From the human T2T-CHM13v2.0 reference genome, Homo sapiens: DNA of 64,000 nucleotides. How positions within the stretch are numbered: position 1 is the stretch's first letter; each line of letters begins with the position of its first letter. A program made the translations under genes and the position numbers. Below, piece after piece: positions 40,560-52,985 of the stretch. The stretch is taken from assembly GCF_009914755.1 (NCBI RefSeq), contig NC_060944.1, one strand, 5' to 3'. The notes below the pieces were generated by a model. The model was not told the DNA's origin and searched no databases. It was given only the letters and a program-made list of their open reading frames with translations.

Positions 40560-42510
40560 ATTCTAACTATGTCTAAATAAGCGTAGCATTACTGTGAGAT
40601 ACCATCTTTGTAAAAGTATTTGTATTTTTTTATTATTCATCATTATATACATGCATATATACATATATATACCTGAAATAATATACATGCATATCTACAT
40701 ATATGCATATATATCTGAAATAATATGCTTAAGTGTTGACAATGACTATCTTTCAGTCGTAAATATGGAGTGATTTTGAAAATATTTTATATTTTTGGAA
40801 TTATACGATTTTTTTATATAATGGCTGTATATTATGTGTGTAACTATACATGAAATCATCCTTTCAAAAAATTAATTACAGAAATTAATGTAAATGATAT
40901 TTGACTTAATTAAGACTGAAAATCATATAAATTATACAAACTAGTCAAAGATATTTAAAAATGTGTATTTAGAGAAAAGACAAAGGACAAAAACAAACAA
41001 TTCACAAAAAATGAAATATTATTGGCTAATACATTTTAAGTAAATAGCGCAAATTCTCCAGTAATCAAACAAATTCTAACTCAAATAAGCTGACCTGTGT
41101 TTTTTTTTTTTAACCTGCTAGTAATGGTTTATTGGGATAGGCCTTCTTACATTATAATGACAGAAGTATATAAATTGATAGAATTTTTCTGAAATCCAAT
41201 TTAAAAACATATGTCAGTGTTCATAATCTTTTGCAACTTTGGGAACTTGAGCCTGTAAAAATACTCAAAAATACAACCAAAGATTTTTGAAAATGAATAT
41301 GTATTACACTATTCTTTCTAGAAGTAAAAAAGAGGAAATAATTAAATGTTCAACGATAGGAGAAAGACTACAATTTATAATACATAATAATTATTTACTG
41401 AGTTCTTATAAAATGTACAATTTGTCAAAAGATTTGCTTATACAATCTCATTTTATCCTTATAATGACACAGAGGAGCAGTGACCATTCACATTTTATAC
41501 TTGAGAGTTTGACCATCAGAGACATTAGGAAATATAGCTGAGATTACCGAACTCATTGGTGGTAAGGCTGGATTCAATGTGGTTAAAAAATGAAAATTCA
41601 TCAATATTATGTACTTCCTTCCTCCATAGTGATATTGTGCATCCATTTTAAATGAAATATATTATAGAATATTAAGAAGAGAGATACAAGGAAGAAAGTA
41701 AATATTACTCACAAACCCACTCAGAGATATCCACTGTTAGGGCATTTAATTTATTTCTGTCTTTATTCAAATGTAATACTTCTCTCTTATATATATAGAT
41801 GCATAAAACTGAGATCTAATATATAAATATTTTATATTGTCTGTCCATTTACTTTCACATTTCAAATATTTCAAATTATTAAATATTATTTGAAAATTCT
41901 TTTTATGGAATACATTCTAATCTATTTTGTTATTTTGTTGTTATGCAAACCTAGAGTTTTAGAACACCTTTATAAAAACAAGTAACATTGTGATAAACAT
42001 CTTTGTCCTAAAATGTATCTCTAAATTCCTTAGTATAGACGTTGGAAGAGAAATTACTAGACCCAAGGGTGCTTATTTTTTTAAAGACTTTTCGTATCTA
42101 TAACCAAACTTTAAAGAAAATAAATACCATTTATACTTGACCAGCAGTGTTTGCAGTCAATTTCAATGATGACTCAACCTAATGAACACTTGATTTAAAA
42201 TGGATGCACAATGTTATTGCAGAGGAAGGAAGTCCATAATACTGGGGAAAATGAAAAAGTTTTAAAAAGAAGATAGTTTGTTAGGAGACTCTGGAGCATG
42301 CCCACCAAAACAACAAAAAAATGCCATTTTACAGTAAAGGTGCCATTGCAATGTGATGGGAAAATGACTATCTGTTCAATAAATGGTTCTGTGACAGTTG
42401 GATATCCACATGGAAAACTATTCATCTTGAGTCTTAACTTACATCCTGCATAAAACATCAATTCCAGTTGTATCATAGACCCAGATGAGAAGAATGAAGC
42501 AGTAAGGTAA
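40560..42510. mobile_element. Mosaic of ancient L1M fragments (both strands) and a MIR (-, ~41385-41600)
   Basis: Degenerate L1ME 3'/ORF2 motifs (AAATGTTCAACGATAGG, TTCAATAAATGGTTCTG..GGATATCCACATGG) and a MIR core. Confidence 0.55.
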
Positions 42511-42609
42511 AACAGTCTTGTCCAGTATAAATATAACACAGGTCCTATTGAGGTATAACTCACATACTCTACATCCACTCATTTTACGTATATAATTCAA
42601 TGGTGTTTA

Positions 42610-42689
42610 TTAGGTTGGTGCAAACATAATTGCTGTTTTTGCATTTACATTTTATGGCAAAAGCTGCAATTCTGTTTGCACTAACTTAA
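42610..42689. mobile_element. MADE1 (Hsmar1-derived 80-bp palindromic MITE)
   Basis: TTAGGTTGGTGCAAA...TTTGCACTAACTTAA, exactly 80 bp, flanked by TA at 42608-42609 and 42690-42691. Confidence 0.93.
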
Positions 42690-43351
42690 TATTATATTCA
42701 CACAGTTGTGCAACTATCATCACAATCAATTTTAGAACATTTTTATCACCTCCCTAAAAAACCTGTATCATTAGCAGCCACTCCCCATTGCCCCCCTGCC
42801 AAATCCACCAGCTTTATGCACCACTGATCTACTTTCTGTCTCTATAGACTTGTCTATTATGGATATTTCATATACATAAAATCATTGCAATGGGGTCTCT
42901 TGTGATTTTGTTTTCACTTAACGTGTTTTCCAGGTTCATCCATGTTGTAACATGAAGAAATACACTGCCATTCTTTTTTATGGCCAAATAATATTCCATT
43001 ATATGGATGTATCACATTTTGCACATCCATTAATCAGTTGATGCATATTTGGATGGTTACCAATTTTTAATACTATAATTCATGCCACTATAAACATTCA
43101 GGCACAATTTTTATAAATGCATGTTTGCTTTTCTCTTAGGTATAAAACTAGCAGTGGAAATGCTCGGCCATGTAGTAGCTCTATGCTTAATATGTGAGGA
43201 GCTTCCAGGTTGTTTTACCACTAATATATGAATGTTCTCATCTTTCCACATTCTAGCCAACATGTGTTTTCTTCCTTTTTTATTCTAGCTATTCTAATGT
43301 GGGCAAAGTAGGATCAAATTTTTGTTTTGACTAAGTTTCCATGATGACTAA

Positions 43352-44227
43352 TGCTGTAGTTTGAATATCTGCTTCTTCTTAAACTCATGTTGAAATCTAA
43401 TTATTTTAACAATAGTAAGAGGTAGGACTTTTAAGAGGTTAGGCCATGAGGGCTCTAACCTCATGAACAGGTTAAGACTGTCATCACAGGAGTGGGTTTG
43501 TTATCATAAGAGTGGGTTTCTTATAAAAGGATGAAGTTGGCTCCTTTTTTCCCATCCCTTCCTTTCCTCTTGCTGCCCCCACAACTCCTTCTCCCTCTTC
43601 CCCCTCTCTCTCTCTTTTTCTCTCTCCTTCCCTTTTTGCCCTCTATCTCCTTTCATCATGGGATTATGTAACAAAGAGGAACCCTTGCCAGATGTGTTCC
43701 CTTAGTCTTAGACTTCACAGCCTCTAGAATTGTTAGCCAGTAAGTTTCTATCTGATATGGTTTGGATGCTTATCCCCTTCAAATCTCATGTTGGAATGTA
43801 GTCCCCAGTGTTGGAAGTGGGGCCTGGTGGGAGCTGATTGGATCATGGGGACAGACACTTACGTATGGTTTAGCAGCATCCCCTTGGTGATACGTGAGTT
43901 CCACTCAGTTAGTTCATGAGATCTGGTTTTTAAAAGAGTCTGGGACCTCTCCTTTCTCCTTCTGTCTTGCTCCCACTCTCATGTGATACACCAGCTTCCC
44001 CCTTTGCCTTCTGCCATGATTGTAAGCTTCCTGAGGCCCTCACCAGAAGTCCAGCAGATGTTGGGACTGTGCTTGTACAGCCTTCAGAACAGTGAGGCAA
44101 TTAAACCTCTCCTTTTTTTAATTGCCCAGCCTCAAGTATTTCTTTATAGGAATGCAAAAAATGGCCTAACACACTGTTCATGAAAAATCAGGTACTATGG
44201 TACAGCAGCATAAAACTGACTAAGACA
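43352..44227 (+). mobile_element. MSTC/MSTD-like MaLR LTR (outer element of a nest)
   Basis: TGCTGTAGTTTGAATA..AAACTCATGTTGAAAT..GGAGTGGGTTTGTTATC | ..CAGCAGCATAAAACTGACTAAGACA. Confidence 0.8.
43753..44173 (+). mobile_element. MSTB-like MaLR LTR (inner element of a nest)
   Basis: TGATATGGTTTGGATG..CCCCTTGGTGAT..AAAAATGGCCTAACACA; degenerate TSD CTATC/CTGTT. Confidence 0.9.
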
Positions 44228-44284
44228 GCTGATAATGCTGAGCATCTTTCATGTGCTTATGGAGCACAGTACAATGGGTCATCA

Positions 44285-44675
44285 TATCATGATAAATTCA
44301 CGAGTGGAATACTAAGCAGCAATATAAAAGAACAGACAGCACATGAAGGCAGGAGTATAAATAGTGCTCATAGACACAATGTTTAGGAAAACATGCCAGA
44401 TGTAAAAACATATCTATTGTATTATTCCATATATATGAACCAAAAGAAAAAGTAAATAGATATATAGCAACAGCAGTCAGAATAATGGGTACCTTGTGGA
44501 GGTATTGAGTGTGAGGCAGTATGAGGAAAGCTTTTATGCTGCTGGCAATATCCTTCATCTTGATCTGTGTGATGATTGCGGGAAGGTAAGCGTAAGTACA
44601 ATTTCATCAGGTGGTGCTCCTAAGATTTGCGCATCCTACTGCATTCACATTACACCTCAACACAATTTTTAAAAA
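44285..44675 (+). mobile_element. L1ME-type 3' end
   Basis: GGAATACTAAGCAGCAAT..AGTCAGAATAATGGGTACC..GCTGGCAATATCCTTCATCTTGATCTG..TTACACCTCAA. Confidence 0.7.
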
Positions 44676-45436
44676 ATTTAAAGGCATAATATGAGGTAAT
44701 AAAAGATTCCCCTAGGTCAAACAACCCAGGAGTGATAGGAATAAAAATTTAATGATGTAGAAGATAAGTCATTTTAGGGAAATAAAGATTTTTGGACTAG
44801 AGCCTGATACAGACTTTTCTAAGCTGTTTTATCTATCATTTTTTAGCCAATTTAGTTTGAATTTAAATTATCTTTATATTATAGGAGTTATGACAGATAA
44901 ATTGCTTCCATGATTTGAAATCTCCAGATATATTTAAGGGCAGGAAGAAAACAATTTCTATAATGAGAAAAAAAAAAAAAAAACCCTTTCTGCCTCAAAC
45001 TTAAAAAATAAGAAGGCACTTACTGGCGCTTTTCCTTTAACTTTAACGTGCCCTGCATGGGGGAACCCTCTTTTCATATAATTTAATGATGCAGGAAGAC
45101 TCTTCATGAGTGACAAACCAGTGTGCTGTATATAAGGTTCAGAAGAAAGAAGAAAGAGTAAAGGGACTGGTTTATGCCATAAAAGATCCAGAAACATTTA
45201 TCCTTTGAGAGCTGGTCTAGAAAAAGAAAAAATGATGGTGAAGAAATAAACTTAGATATGGCACAAAAGGAGCAACTAGTACTTATTGTTATGGACAGTA
45301 GTCTTTAAAGCAACCACTGGCTCTTATATATGACTGGATAGAGAAGGAAAAAAATTAAGTAGGTCAGATTATTTACAGAGACTCGGAAGGTATCCATCTA
45401 GTTCCATGTTCCACGGGGCAATTATTTACACCTCAT

Positions 45437-46272
45437 TATCTTAGGACAGATTCTCTAGAAGCAGAACCTGAAACAGGAATTCCTTTGCAAGGGATTTCCT
45501 GAGGGAGTGCTCTCAGGTAAAATTGGTAGGGGGATGAGGGAGGCATAGTAAGAAGTCAGGTATGAGTATGGGTCAAGCATAATTGACCCATACTCAGACC
45601 CAAAATCACTCAGCCTAGGGAAGGAGAATCCCATGGGGAGGGCCAGGGTGACAAAAATTCTCCGTTTGACGAAAATCTAGTCAGGCTCCTTTGAATTCTC
45701 TTCTCAACCAGCCCTTGACTTTCGGTTTTCTAGGTTTGTTTCTGAATTGTTCAATTTTAGCAAGAATCCTGCTAAGTCAATTGAGCCAGAATTCCTCATC
45801 TTTGGTATCTTATCACTCTCAATATGTGATCAGGCTTCTCATTCTCCACCATCTTCCAGGTAATATCTAATCACCCTGGCCTGTCTTTAACAAGAATCTT
45901 GTCAGGTTGTTTAACCAGAATCTCCCCCAACTCTGATTTTTTTTTCTCTTAGTAATTGTTCACTCATTGACCCCCAACCCTGCTCCTTTGGCAATAAATT
46001 CCTATTTTCCCTTGTTGTATTCAGAGTCGAGCCTCATCTCTCTCTGTCACTGCAAAACCCAATTGCAGTGGTCCATACCATGATGATCCTAAATTAAGTA
46101 TGTCTTACTGTTCCTTGCAAGACTCGTGGATAATTTTTTAACACGAGACAAGTATGTAAATACTCAGGAGAACAGGCAACAGTGAGCAGTTAGCAGCTTA
46201 TGTGCTCAGAAGCTGGGGAATGAGGGAACTAGCCAGATAAAATGAATGCACAAGGAGTGCCAGTAGCATTTT
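45437..46272 (-). mobile_element. LTR16-family LTR, interrupted by MER31
   Basis: TCTTAGGACAGATTCTCTAGAAGCAGAACCTGA..GAGGGAGTGCTCTCAGG | GTTAGCAGC..CAGAAGCTGGGGAATG. Confidence 0.7.
45649..46143 (+). mobile_element. MER31B-like ERV1 solo LTR
   Basis: TGACAAAAATTCTC..TAGTCAGGCTCC..TTTTAGCAAGAATCCTGCTAAGTCA..TTTTTAACA. Confidence 0.8.
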
Positions 46273-46330
46273 GGTGTCCTCCAGAAAAGGGAAGTTGGAG
46301 ACTTAACCTTACTCTTGCTTGCTTATCTAC

Positions 46331-46621
46331 CAGGTTGTACCACTCAAACTTTAGCCATTTGCAAATTGCACTCATATCATTTTGGTATATATATATAATC
46401 ATCTAATTAATACTTTTCTTTAAATGGACTCTATTTTTTCTTGACTGGATTACACTTTTGACAAGCAATAATGCCTGAAACTATATGTTTGGTTGCTGCA
46501 TTTTTAGTACATCATTAAAAACATGTACAATTATGAATATTTAAACACAATGTATGGATGTGATCTAAATGCCTCTGTTAAATCACTAGTGGTACAAGTG
46601 CCATCATCTGTGGAACAATAG
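46331..46621. mobile_element. Degenerate hAT-Charlie element (MER113-like)
   Basis: CAAACTTTAGCCATT..TTTTCTTTAAATGGACTC..CACTAGTGGTACAAGTGCCA..GGAACAATAG. Family name is from memory. Confidence 0.45.
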
Positions 46622-47029
46622 TTTAAGGGATGCCACATGGTATACATGTTCTCAAAATATGCCCCTCATTGTAGAAAACTTCTTATGGTGTCTGAAGTTA
46701 CCACCCTGAAGACCAATCTTTGCATTGAGGTATTGCCTTTAAAAGATACTATGTTGAAATGTGTAAATATATCAACAGAAAGGGATAAACATTATCAGGC
46801 ATGATCACAGTCAATCTTACCCCTTGTACATAGCAGGGCTCTCAGGGAATGAAATATTGGAGAGATAAATTTTAATATTTGAAGTTAAGAGATCATAGAT
46901 CCTGCCCAGGATGGCATGCTGGTGTAGGATTCAACAGAGTTAGATAAGAGAATGAGAATAATAGAACCTATATACATAACAGATGCTGAGAAGTGATCAT
47001 GATGTCAAAGTCTCCAAATCTAGCCTGGC

Positions 47030-47680
47030 TAACACTTCAAACTACGGTGATCAATACTAATTGGCATTAGTGAAAAGTTAAACATGTAGATTAATGAAAC
47101 AGAATAGAAAGCATACATATACAGTCAATTAGTTCATAACAAAATTACTAAGGGAATAGAGAAGGCAAAGGAAAATCTCTGCAATGAATGGTGCTGGATC
47201 AGCTGGAAATTCATTTGAAATGGGAAAAAAATTGATCTTGATAATTACTTGACAATATATACAAAAACATCAACATTATTCATTATCATAAGTATAAAGC
47301 ATAAAACTATAAAACTTCTAAAATAAAACAGGAAAACTATTTGTGACCATTGGGTAAGCTTAATTGTTTATATCATAAAAAGGATAGAAAAAAGCTGGGT
47401 AAAATGGACTGCATTTTTTTTAAAAAAAAACCTCTTTAAAATATATTATGAAAACAAAAAGGCAAGTCGCAGAGTGAGAAAATATCCGGGATGTACAAAA
47501 CAACTCTTATAAATCAATAAGAAGACACCCAACCTAATACAATATGGGCAAACATTTGAATAGAGGCTTCACTGAAGAAGATATGCAAATGACAAGTACA
47601 CACATAAAAAGATGCTCAATATCTTTAGTCATCAGGGAAATGCAAACTAAAACCACAAAGAGACACCAATATATAACTGT
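47030..47680 (+). mobile_element. Ancient L1M ORF2 3' fragment
   Basis: ATGAAACAGAATAGAAAG, AATGGTGCTGGA, GAAGATATGCAAATG..AAAAGATGCTCAA..AGTCATCAGGGAAATGCAAACTAAAACCACAA. Confidence 0.75.
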
Positions 47681-48929
47681 TAGGCAAAGAGGAACCGGAG
47701 GGTTCTGATTTAACTTTTGGGGGGTTTCTTTCTATATTCAATAGCAGGTCTTTTCAATTTTCAAGGGCAAATGTAAGCAGGAATCATTAGCAAGCCAACT
47801 CATAGGGGAAGGGAGCATACATGATTTCATTAGGCCAATTTAAAAAATGATAATTCTAAAGATGTTATTTTTCATCTCTTTCATAATGAACTTGGAAGAC
47901 TCGGGATGCTGTTTTGTGTGTCATTTCAGGCTGGGATAATGGGCTCCCCTGGGCCTTGCCTCAGTCATGCTGCCTCACTCTCTGGCAGGGAAACAAATGA
48001 CACCAACTCACACTTCTGGCTTTGTCACATCCATGCCTGAAGATGCTTTTATGTAGGTGATTCTGGAAATGGGGAGATTTAAGTTCAGCTGCTCTAATAA
48101 TTGTCTCAGAGAAGCAGGATATTTAGATGTCGGATTGTGAGGCTGAGAGGAGAAAGAAGATGAAGCTTATTACTAAATAAATGTCCTGCTTCTGCTGATG
48201 GGATAGATACATCATCATCCCAGCTGTCACCTGTCACCACTAAATGAGAGTGTGTTTCTCATGCTTCACTTAGCAGGCTTTCAGGACTGGCTGAGCTCGA
48301 GCCTGGCTAGGATTTATAGACTGTTTAAAGTCTCTAAAGCGGAGTTCATAATAAATCCCACCACAAAGCCAGGCCAGGAATGAAGGGAGCCAGGTTATTT
48401 CAGGGCTTTGTGAAGGGGATAAAGTTAAGATCAATACTGCAGAAAGGAGCTGGAGAAAGGAAAGAAGAAAGGCAGACATTTTCTGGAGATTAATCTGCAT
48501 GGATTTTTCTGTTTTTTGTGTGAGCCTCACTAGCTGCAGGCAAATCACTATCATCACCACCATAATCATCATCAAGAAAAACCACAAAAGGTAATGGAAA
48601 CTGAGTAAGCATCCAAGAAATTGAGAGGAGTTTTCAAGGAGAGCTGGGGCAGGAAATAAAAGAGTCCATTTTGAGTCTAGGCATTGTTACAGCCCTTCTC
48701 GTCTAGAGGTAGATACCTGTGGTCACTAGAAAGAAGCTGTGGCATGAAAGAGATGTGATTCTTCCTTGCACTCAATTAGAATGTTCTGCATTTGAACGTG
48801 TAGGTAACTATTACAAAAGCAAGCAGCTTATCTGATCTTGAAAGCCTTTCTGAGCAGTCTGAGTTAGGAGAAGCCCTCACGTCAAACTTGTCTTCTCTCA
48901 TCTTTCTTGAGATATGAATGTCAACACTA

Positions 48930-49530
48930 ACAACAGTGTACACTCAAAAAGTGGAGAGAAATCCTCAAGGTGCCTGCTAGAGAGTGTAGGTAGATTCCAG
49001 GTCCCATGTAGTGCAGCAAGAGGGCAGGCAGATATGAACAGGTATAAACTATACAGTGTGGCAGGAACTGGAGCATAGGTAGGCACAGGGAACCATCCAA
49101 ATTACTCCTGTGAGGAGGGTGAGACAGAGTAGAGAGAGGTGTGTGTGAAGGATGGATGGGGCATAACATGACAGGAGAGGAGGATGGGACATGAGCCTGA
49201 GAGGGTCCAGAGGCCAGACCATGAAAGAGCTTCACATCCATGCTCAGGAGATTAAACTTTATGCTAGAAATAATGGGGAGACATGGGGAAGTCTTAAGCC
49301 ATAGGAAGGTTTTAAGATTATTATAAGCAGGTGATTGATTGTATTTACAGTGTGGAGAATGGATTGGAAGGAAGCAAAGATAAATATAGGGAGACTAGTA
49401 AAGATGGGTACACTGATCCAGATTAGAAATGACAATGAACAGACCTGCTAAAGAGGCAAATGGAAAAAAGAAAAAAAGTGGATCGATTCAAGGAGGCAGG
49501 AAAGGTATGGATTTGCAGTTAGTTGATTGG
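48930..49530 (-). mobile_element. L2 fragment
   Basis: GGCCAGACCATGAAAGAGCTT..AACTTTAT..AATGGGGAG..GTGTGGAGAATGGATTGGA..GGGAGACTAGT. Confidence 0.65.
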
Positions 49531-50124
49531 TTACTGTGTTGCTGTATTTTGCTATTTGCTATTCACATTCGTGGGAAATCCAATACTTCTGACTAAGGTC
49601 TCTATTCACCAATATGTCCAAGAAACCTTAGAGAGCATCCTCATGCTTCTCTCCTTGAAGCTGGAGGACTTGGTAATATGACAGAAAGCTGGGTCATCTG
49701 AGCTAGGAGGATCTATTATGCCACTGCTACTACCTCTAAGTACTAGAAACCTTGGGATTACAAATAAAAACTAGTCAAGAATCCTAGCTAAGAAAAATTG
49801 TCCTGTCTCCATGACTGCAGCTACTGTCACCTTTATCTGATCCCCTATTGTGTCCAAAGCAATGTGAGCTTTCACTCTGTCCTCTCAGCCATTGGTATAA
49901 AGCACTGCTGAAGCTATGAAGCTACAGTGATTTTGTGTGTGTGTGTGTGTGTTTTACCAGCCCCAGTGGTAATTTTCTCAGCTAAAAATGCAAATGGGCC
50001 TCAAAAAAAATTGACCTGGGCTCACAACATCAAATTTATTTCGATTCAATCACATTGTCTTTTCCTCAGATTGTATGAATGTCCCATAAACTGTGATGGA
50101 AGAGTTTCCATTCTGCCATCTCAT

Positions 50125-50560
50125 GAAGCCAGAGAAACCATGAGGTGATGATTTGTGTGCAAGTGGTACTTATTAAGAAAGCGTGGGGAAAAGAAAACAA
50201 TAAGACTGGAGCGGGGAAGGAGAAGAAGCCAAGCAAGGGTGTTGTTTCAGGCAAAACCCCATCTTAGCCTGATGCTACAAGGAACTCTGGAGTAGAAGTT
50301 ACACCCCATAGTTTACCTGGACTCAAGGGAGAGGAGCTGGGCTTTTAGGATGTGCGTACTCATTGGCCATGCCAGGGGATGTACCCAGACGCTTCCAGAT
50401 CTCTGCTAGTAATGTGGGCAGACAGGCTTCAGTAGCCTAAGGACAGTCCTGCAATGAAGATCACAGGTATGCACCTTAGGGCTAGAACCCACAGAGGCTG
50501 AGGAACAGGCACATAGAGAGAGTAGGAGGGACCGGAGCAATACGAGGAGGTGCACTGTAC
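50125..50560 (-). mobile_element. LTR16-family ERVL LTR
   Basis: GATTTGTGTGCAAGTG..TTATTAAG..GAAGCCAAGCAAGGGTG..AGCCTGATG..GGAACTCTGGAG..TCATTGGC. Confidence 0.65.
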
Positions 50561-51574
50561 CTTGTCTTAAGCACAAAATGGCCCACTCCATAGTCTTCTA
50601 GTCTCATAATGCTTTTATTATAGGTGCCTTATTGCCTTCATTGGCACTGGAAATTGTGTCATATTTATTTATTTATTTGTTTTTACCCAACCACATTCTA
50701 AAGTTTTGAACTTGAGGGAAGAAGGTGATGGGCTTTCGATGATTCATCTCCCAAAACACCCTGAACTCCTTATGCAAATAACTCTGAACTCCTTTTGCCT
50801 ATAATTTTCAATATTTACATTTCAATAGTGTCTTTCTCATATACATCCAACATTGAAGTTCCCACCTCATCAGAACTCTGGTTACCATTGCATTTAGAGG
50901 AAAAGAAGAGTGTAGAATGATACTCATCTGATGGGTCCCAGAGCACTGATTTCTCTTTGCTGACAGCAACCAAGGAGCAGACTCATGGGTCTGATCTCCT
51001 TGTAGGCACTTTCCCTAGTTTATACAGCTTAAAAGGAAAGAAACTGATGCATTGGGTGATACTCCTGGACTTCCTGCAGAACATGAGAGAGCTGTTAGAG
51101 AATCACAGAAAGGACTTTGGACCCAGGCTCCTTTTCTGAAACTGAGGATGTAAAGGAAAGCAGGGTAGTGTATTTGTTGCCCTAAGGTACATGGTTCCTA
51201 CAATCACAGAGTAATTAGAGCTGGAACAGAACCATGAGGTCATCTGATTACTACCCTCTAGTTACAAAGAAAGATACTACCTTTCATAAAAATCTTTGAG
51301 ACTTTTAAAATTGATTTCTGTTTGCCTCACAAATATTGTCCAAATATACTGAGCTACTCTGTGCTGTTTGTAGTTAGTTGTCAATCTATGAATGTTTACT
51401 ATTCTCATAAGCCTTGAAGGAATTCAAATAATTATTTTTTCAAGAAAACTTGAGGCAAAATACCAGCACATATACCAATGAGTACAATGACAACAAAACC
51501 ACATCTTTCTGGCTGTAGAATATCAGCATGTCCAACACCCCAGCTCAGGGACCAGACTCAGCTCCCAGCTTCTA

Positions 51575-51790
51575 TTCTCAGCATTCCCAGTTCCAAGACT
51601 GCTTAGCTCTGTGGTCCTTGGACAAGTTATTTAACCTTTCTAACAATTTCCTCATCTGTACAATAAAGATAACATTAGGATTTTCCTTACAGATTTGCTT
51701 ATGGGTAAAAGTTCATAACGTATGTAAAGTCTTCAGCACAAACAATTATCTGGAATATAAGTATTCTAATAATGGTTGTTATTATCATTA
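51575..51790 (+). mobile_element. MIR
   Basis: TTAGCTCTGTGGTCCTTGGACAAGTTATTTAACCTTTCT..TTTCCTCATCTGTACAAT..TATGTAAAG. Confidence 0.75.
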
Positions 51791-51809
51791 ACTTTTCCAC
51801 ATATTTTCC

Positions 51810-52695
51810 ATTATGAATTCATAATTCACACACCTAAAATTCATCATTTTAAAATGTACTATTCAGTGATTTTTAGCATTTTCACAAAATTGTGCCACTA
51901 TCAGCCCTATCTAATTCCAGAACATCATCGCCCACAAAAGAACCCTCATGCTCTTTATTAGTCACTCTCCATTCTACCCTCCCCAGCCCCTGGCAACTAT
52001 TTACTTTCTGCACTTGTAGATTTGCTCATGCTAGATTTTTTCACATAAATGAAATTATGCAACACATGGCCTTTTGTTTCTGACTTCTTTTAGGTATCAT
52101 TATGTTCTTAAGTGTCATCCATGTAGCAGCATGTCACCACTTCTTTCGGTTTTATGGCCAAAAATTATTCAGTTATATGGATATATTAGGTTTTGTTTAT
52201 TCACTCATCAATTGATGGGTATTTAGGTTATTTCTACTTTTTGGCTATTATGAATAATGTTGTAATGAACATTTCTGTACAAGTCTTTGTATGAATATAT
52301 ATTTTCAATTTTCTTGGGTAGACTCCTTGGAGCGGAATTGTTGGTCATATGGTAATTCCACACTTAACATTTTGAGACACTGCTTAACTGTCTAAAACAT
52401 CAGCACCATTTAACATTTTGACCAGCAATGTACAAGGGTTCCAATTTCTCCATATCCTCTTCAACACTTGTGGTTATCTGGTCTATCAATTATAGCCATT
52501 CTAGGGGATGTAAAGTGGTATCAAATTATGGTCTTAATTTGCATTTTCCTAATGATTAATGATGTTAAGTATTTTTCCTGCCCTAGTTGTTCATTTTTAT
52601 ACCTTCTTTAGAAAAGTGTCTATTTAGTACCTTAGCCCTTTTTAATTAGGTTTGCTTGTCTTTTTATTGTAGAGTTATAAGAATTTCACACATTT
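51810..52695 (-). mobile_element. L1MB-type 3' end
   Basis: AAAATGTACTATTCAGTGATTTTTAG..CTAATTCCAGAACAT..CCCCAGCCCCTGGCAAC..CCAGCAATGTACAAGGGTTCCAATTTCTCC. Confidence 0.85.
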
Positions 52696-52709
52696 TTATT
52701 TTTATTTTT

Positions 52710-52985
52710 TTAAATGAGCCAGGTGTCATTCCAGAAGCTGCAGACATAAAGATGAAAGTATAGGTAAATCCCCATTTCATTAACTTACATACTAGTGAAG
52801 GTGCAGATAATAAAAAAAACAAACAAGTAAATGAGCAAGAAAACTGTCTGAGAACAATAAATGCAATAAAGGAAAATCTGAGGGATATATCGGTGACAGA
52901 TGCAGGGAGAACAGCACAAGATGTGGTAGTCAGAAGGGAATATACTTTAAGTTCAGATCTACAGCAATAAACAGAAACAGCCACA
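52710..52985 (-). mobile_element. L2 fragment
   Basis: GCCAGGTGTCATTCCAGAAGCTGCAGACATA..CTTACATACTAGTG..CAAACAAGTAAAT. Confidence 0.55.

Larger units (their letters stand above)
42546..44260 (-). mobile_element. L1MB-type 3' end hosting MADE1 and nested MST LTRs
   Basis: TATTGAGGTATAACTCACATAC..CACAGTTGTGCAACTATCATCACAATCAATTTTAGAACATTTT..; resumes TAATGCTGAGCATCTTTCATGTGC after the LTRs. Confidence 0.85.
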
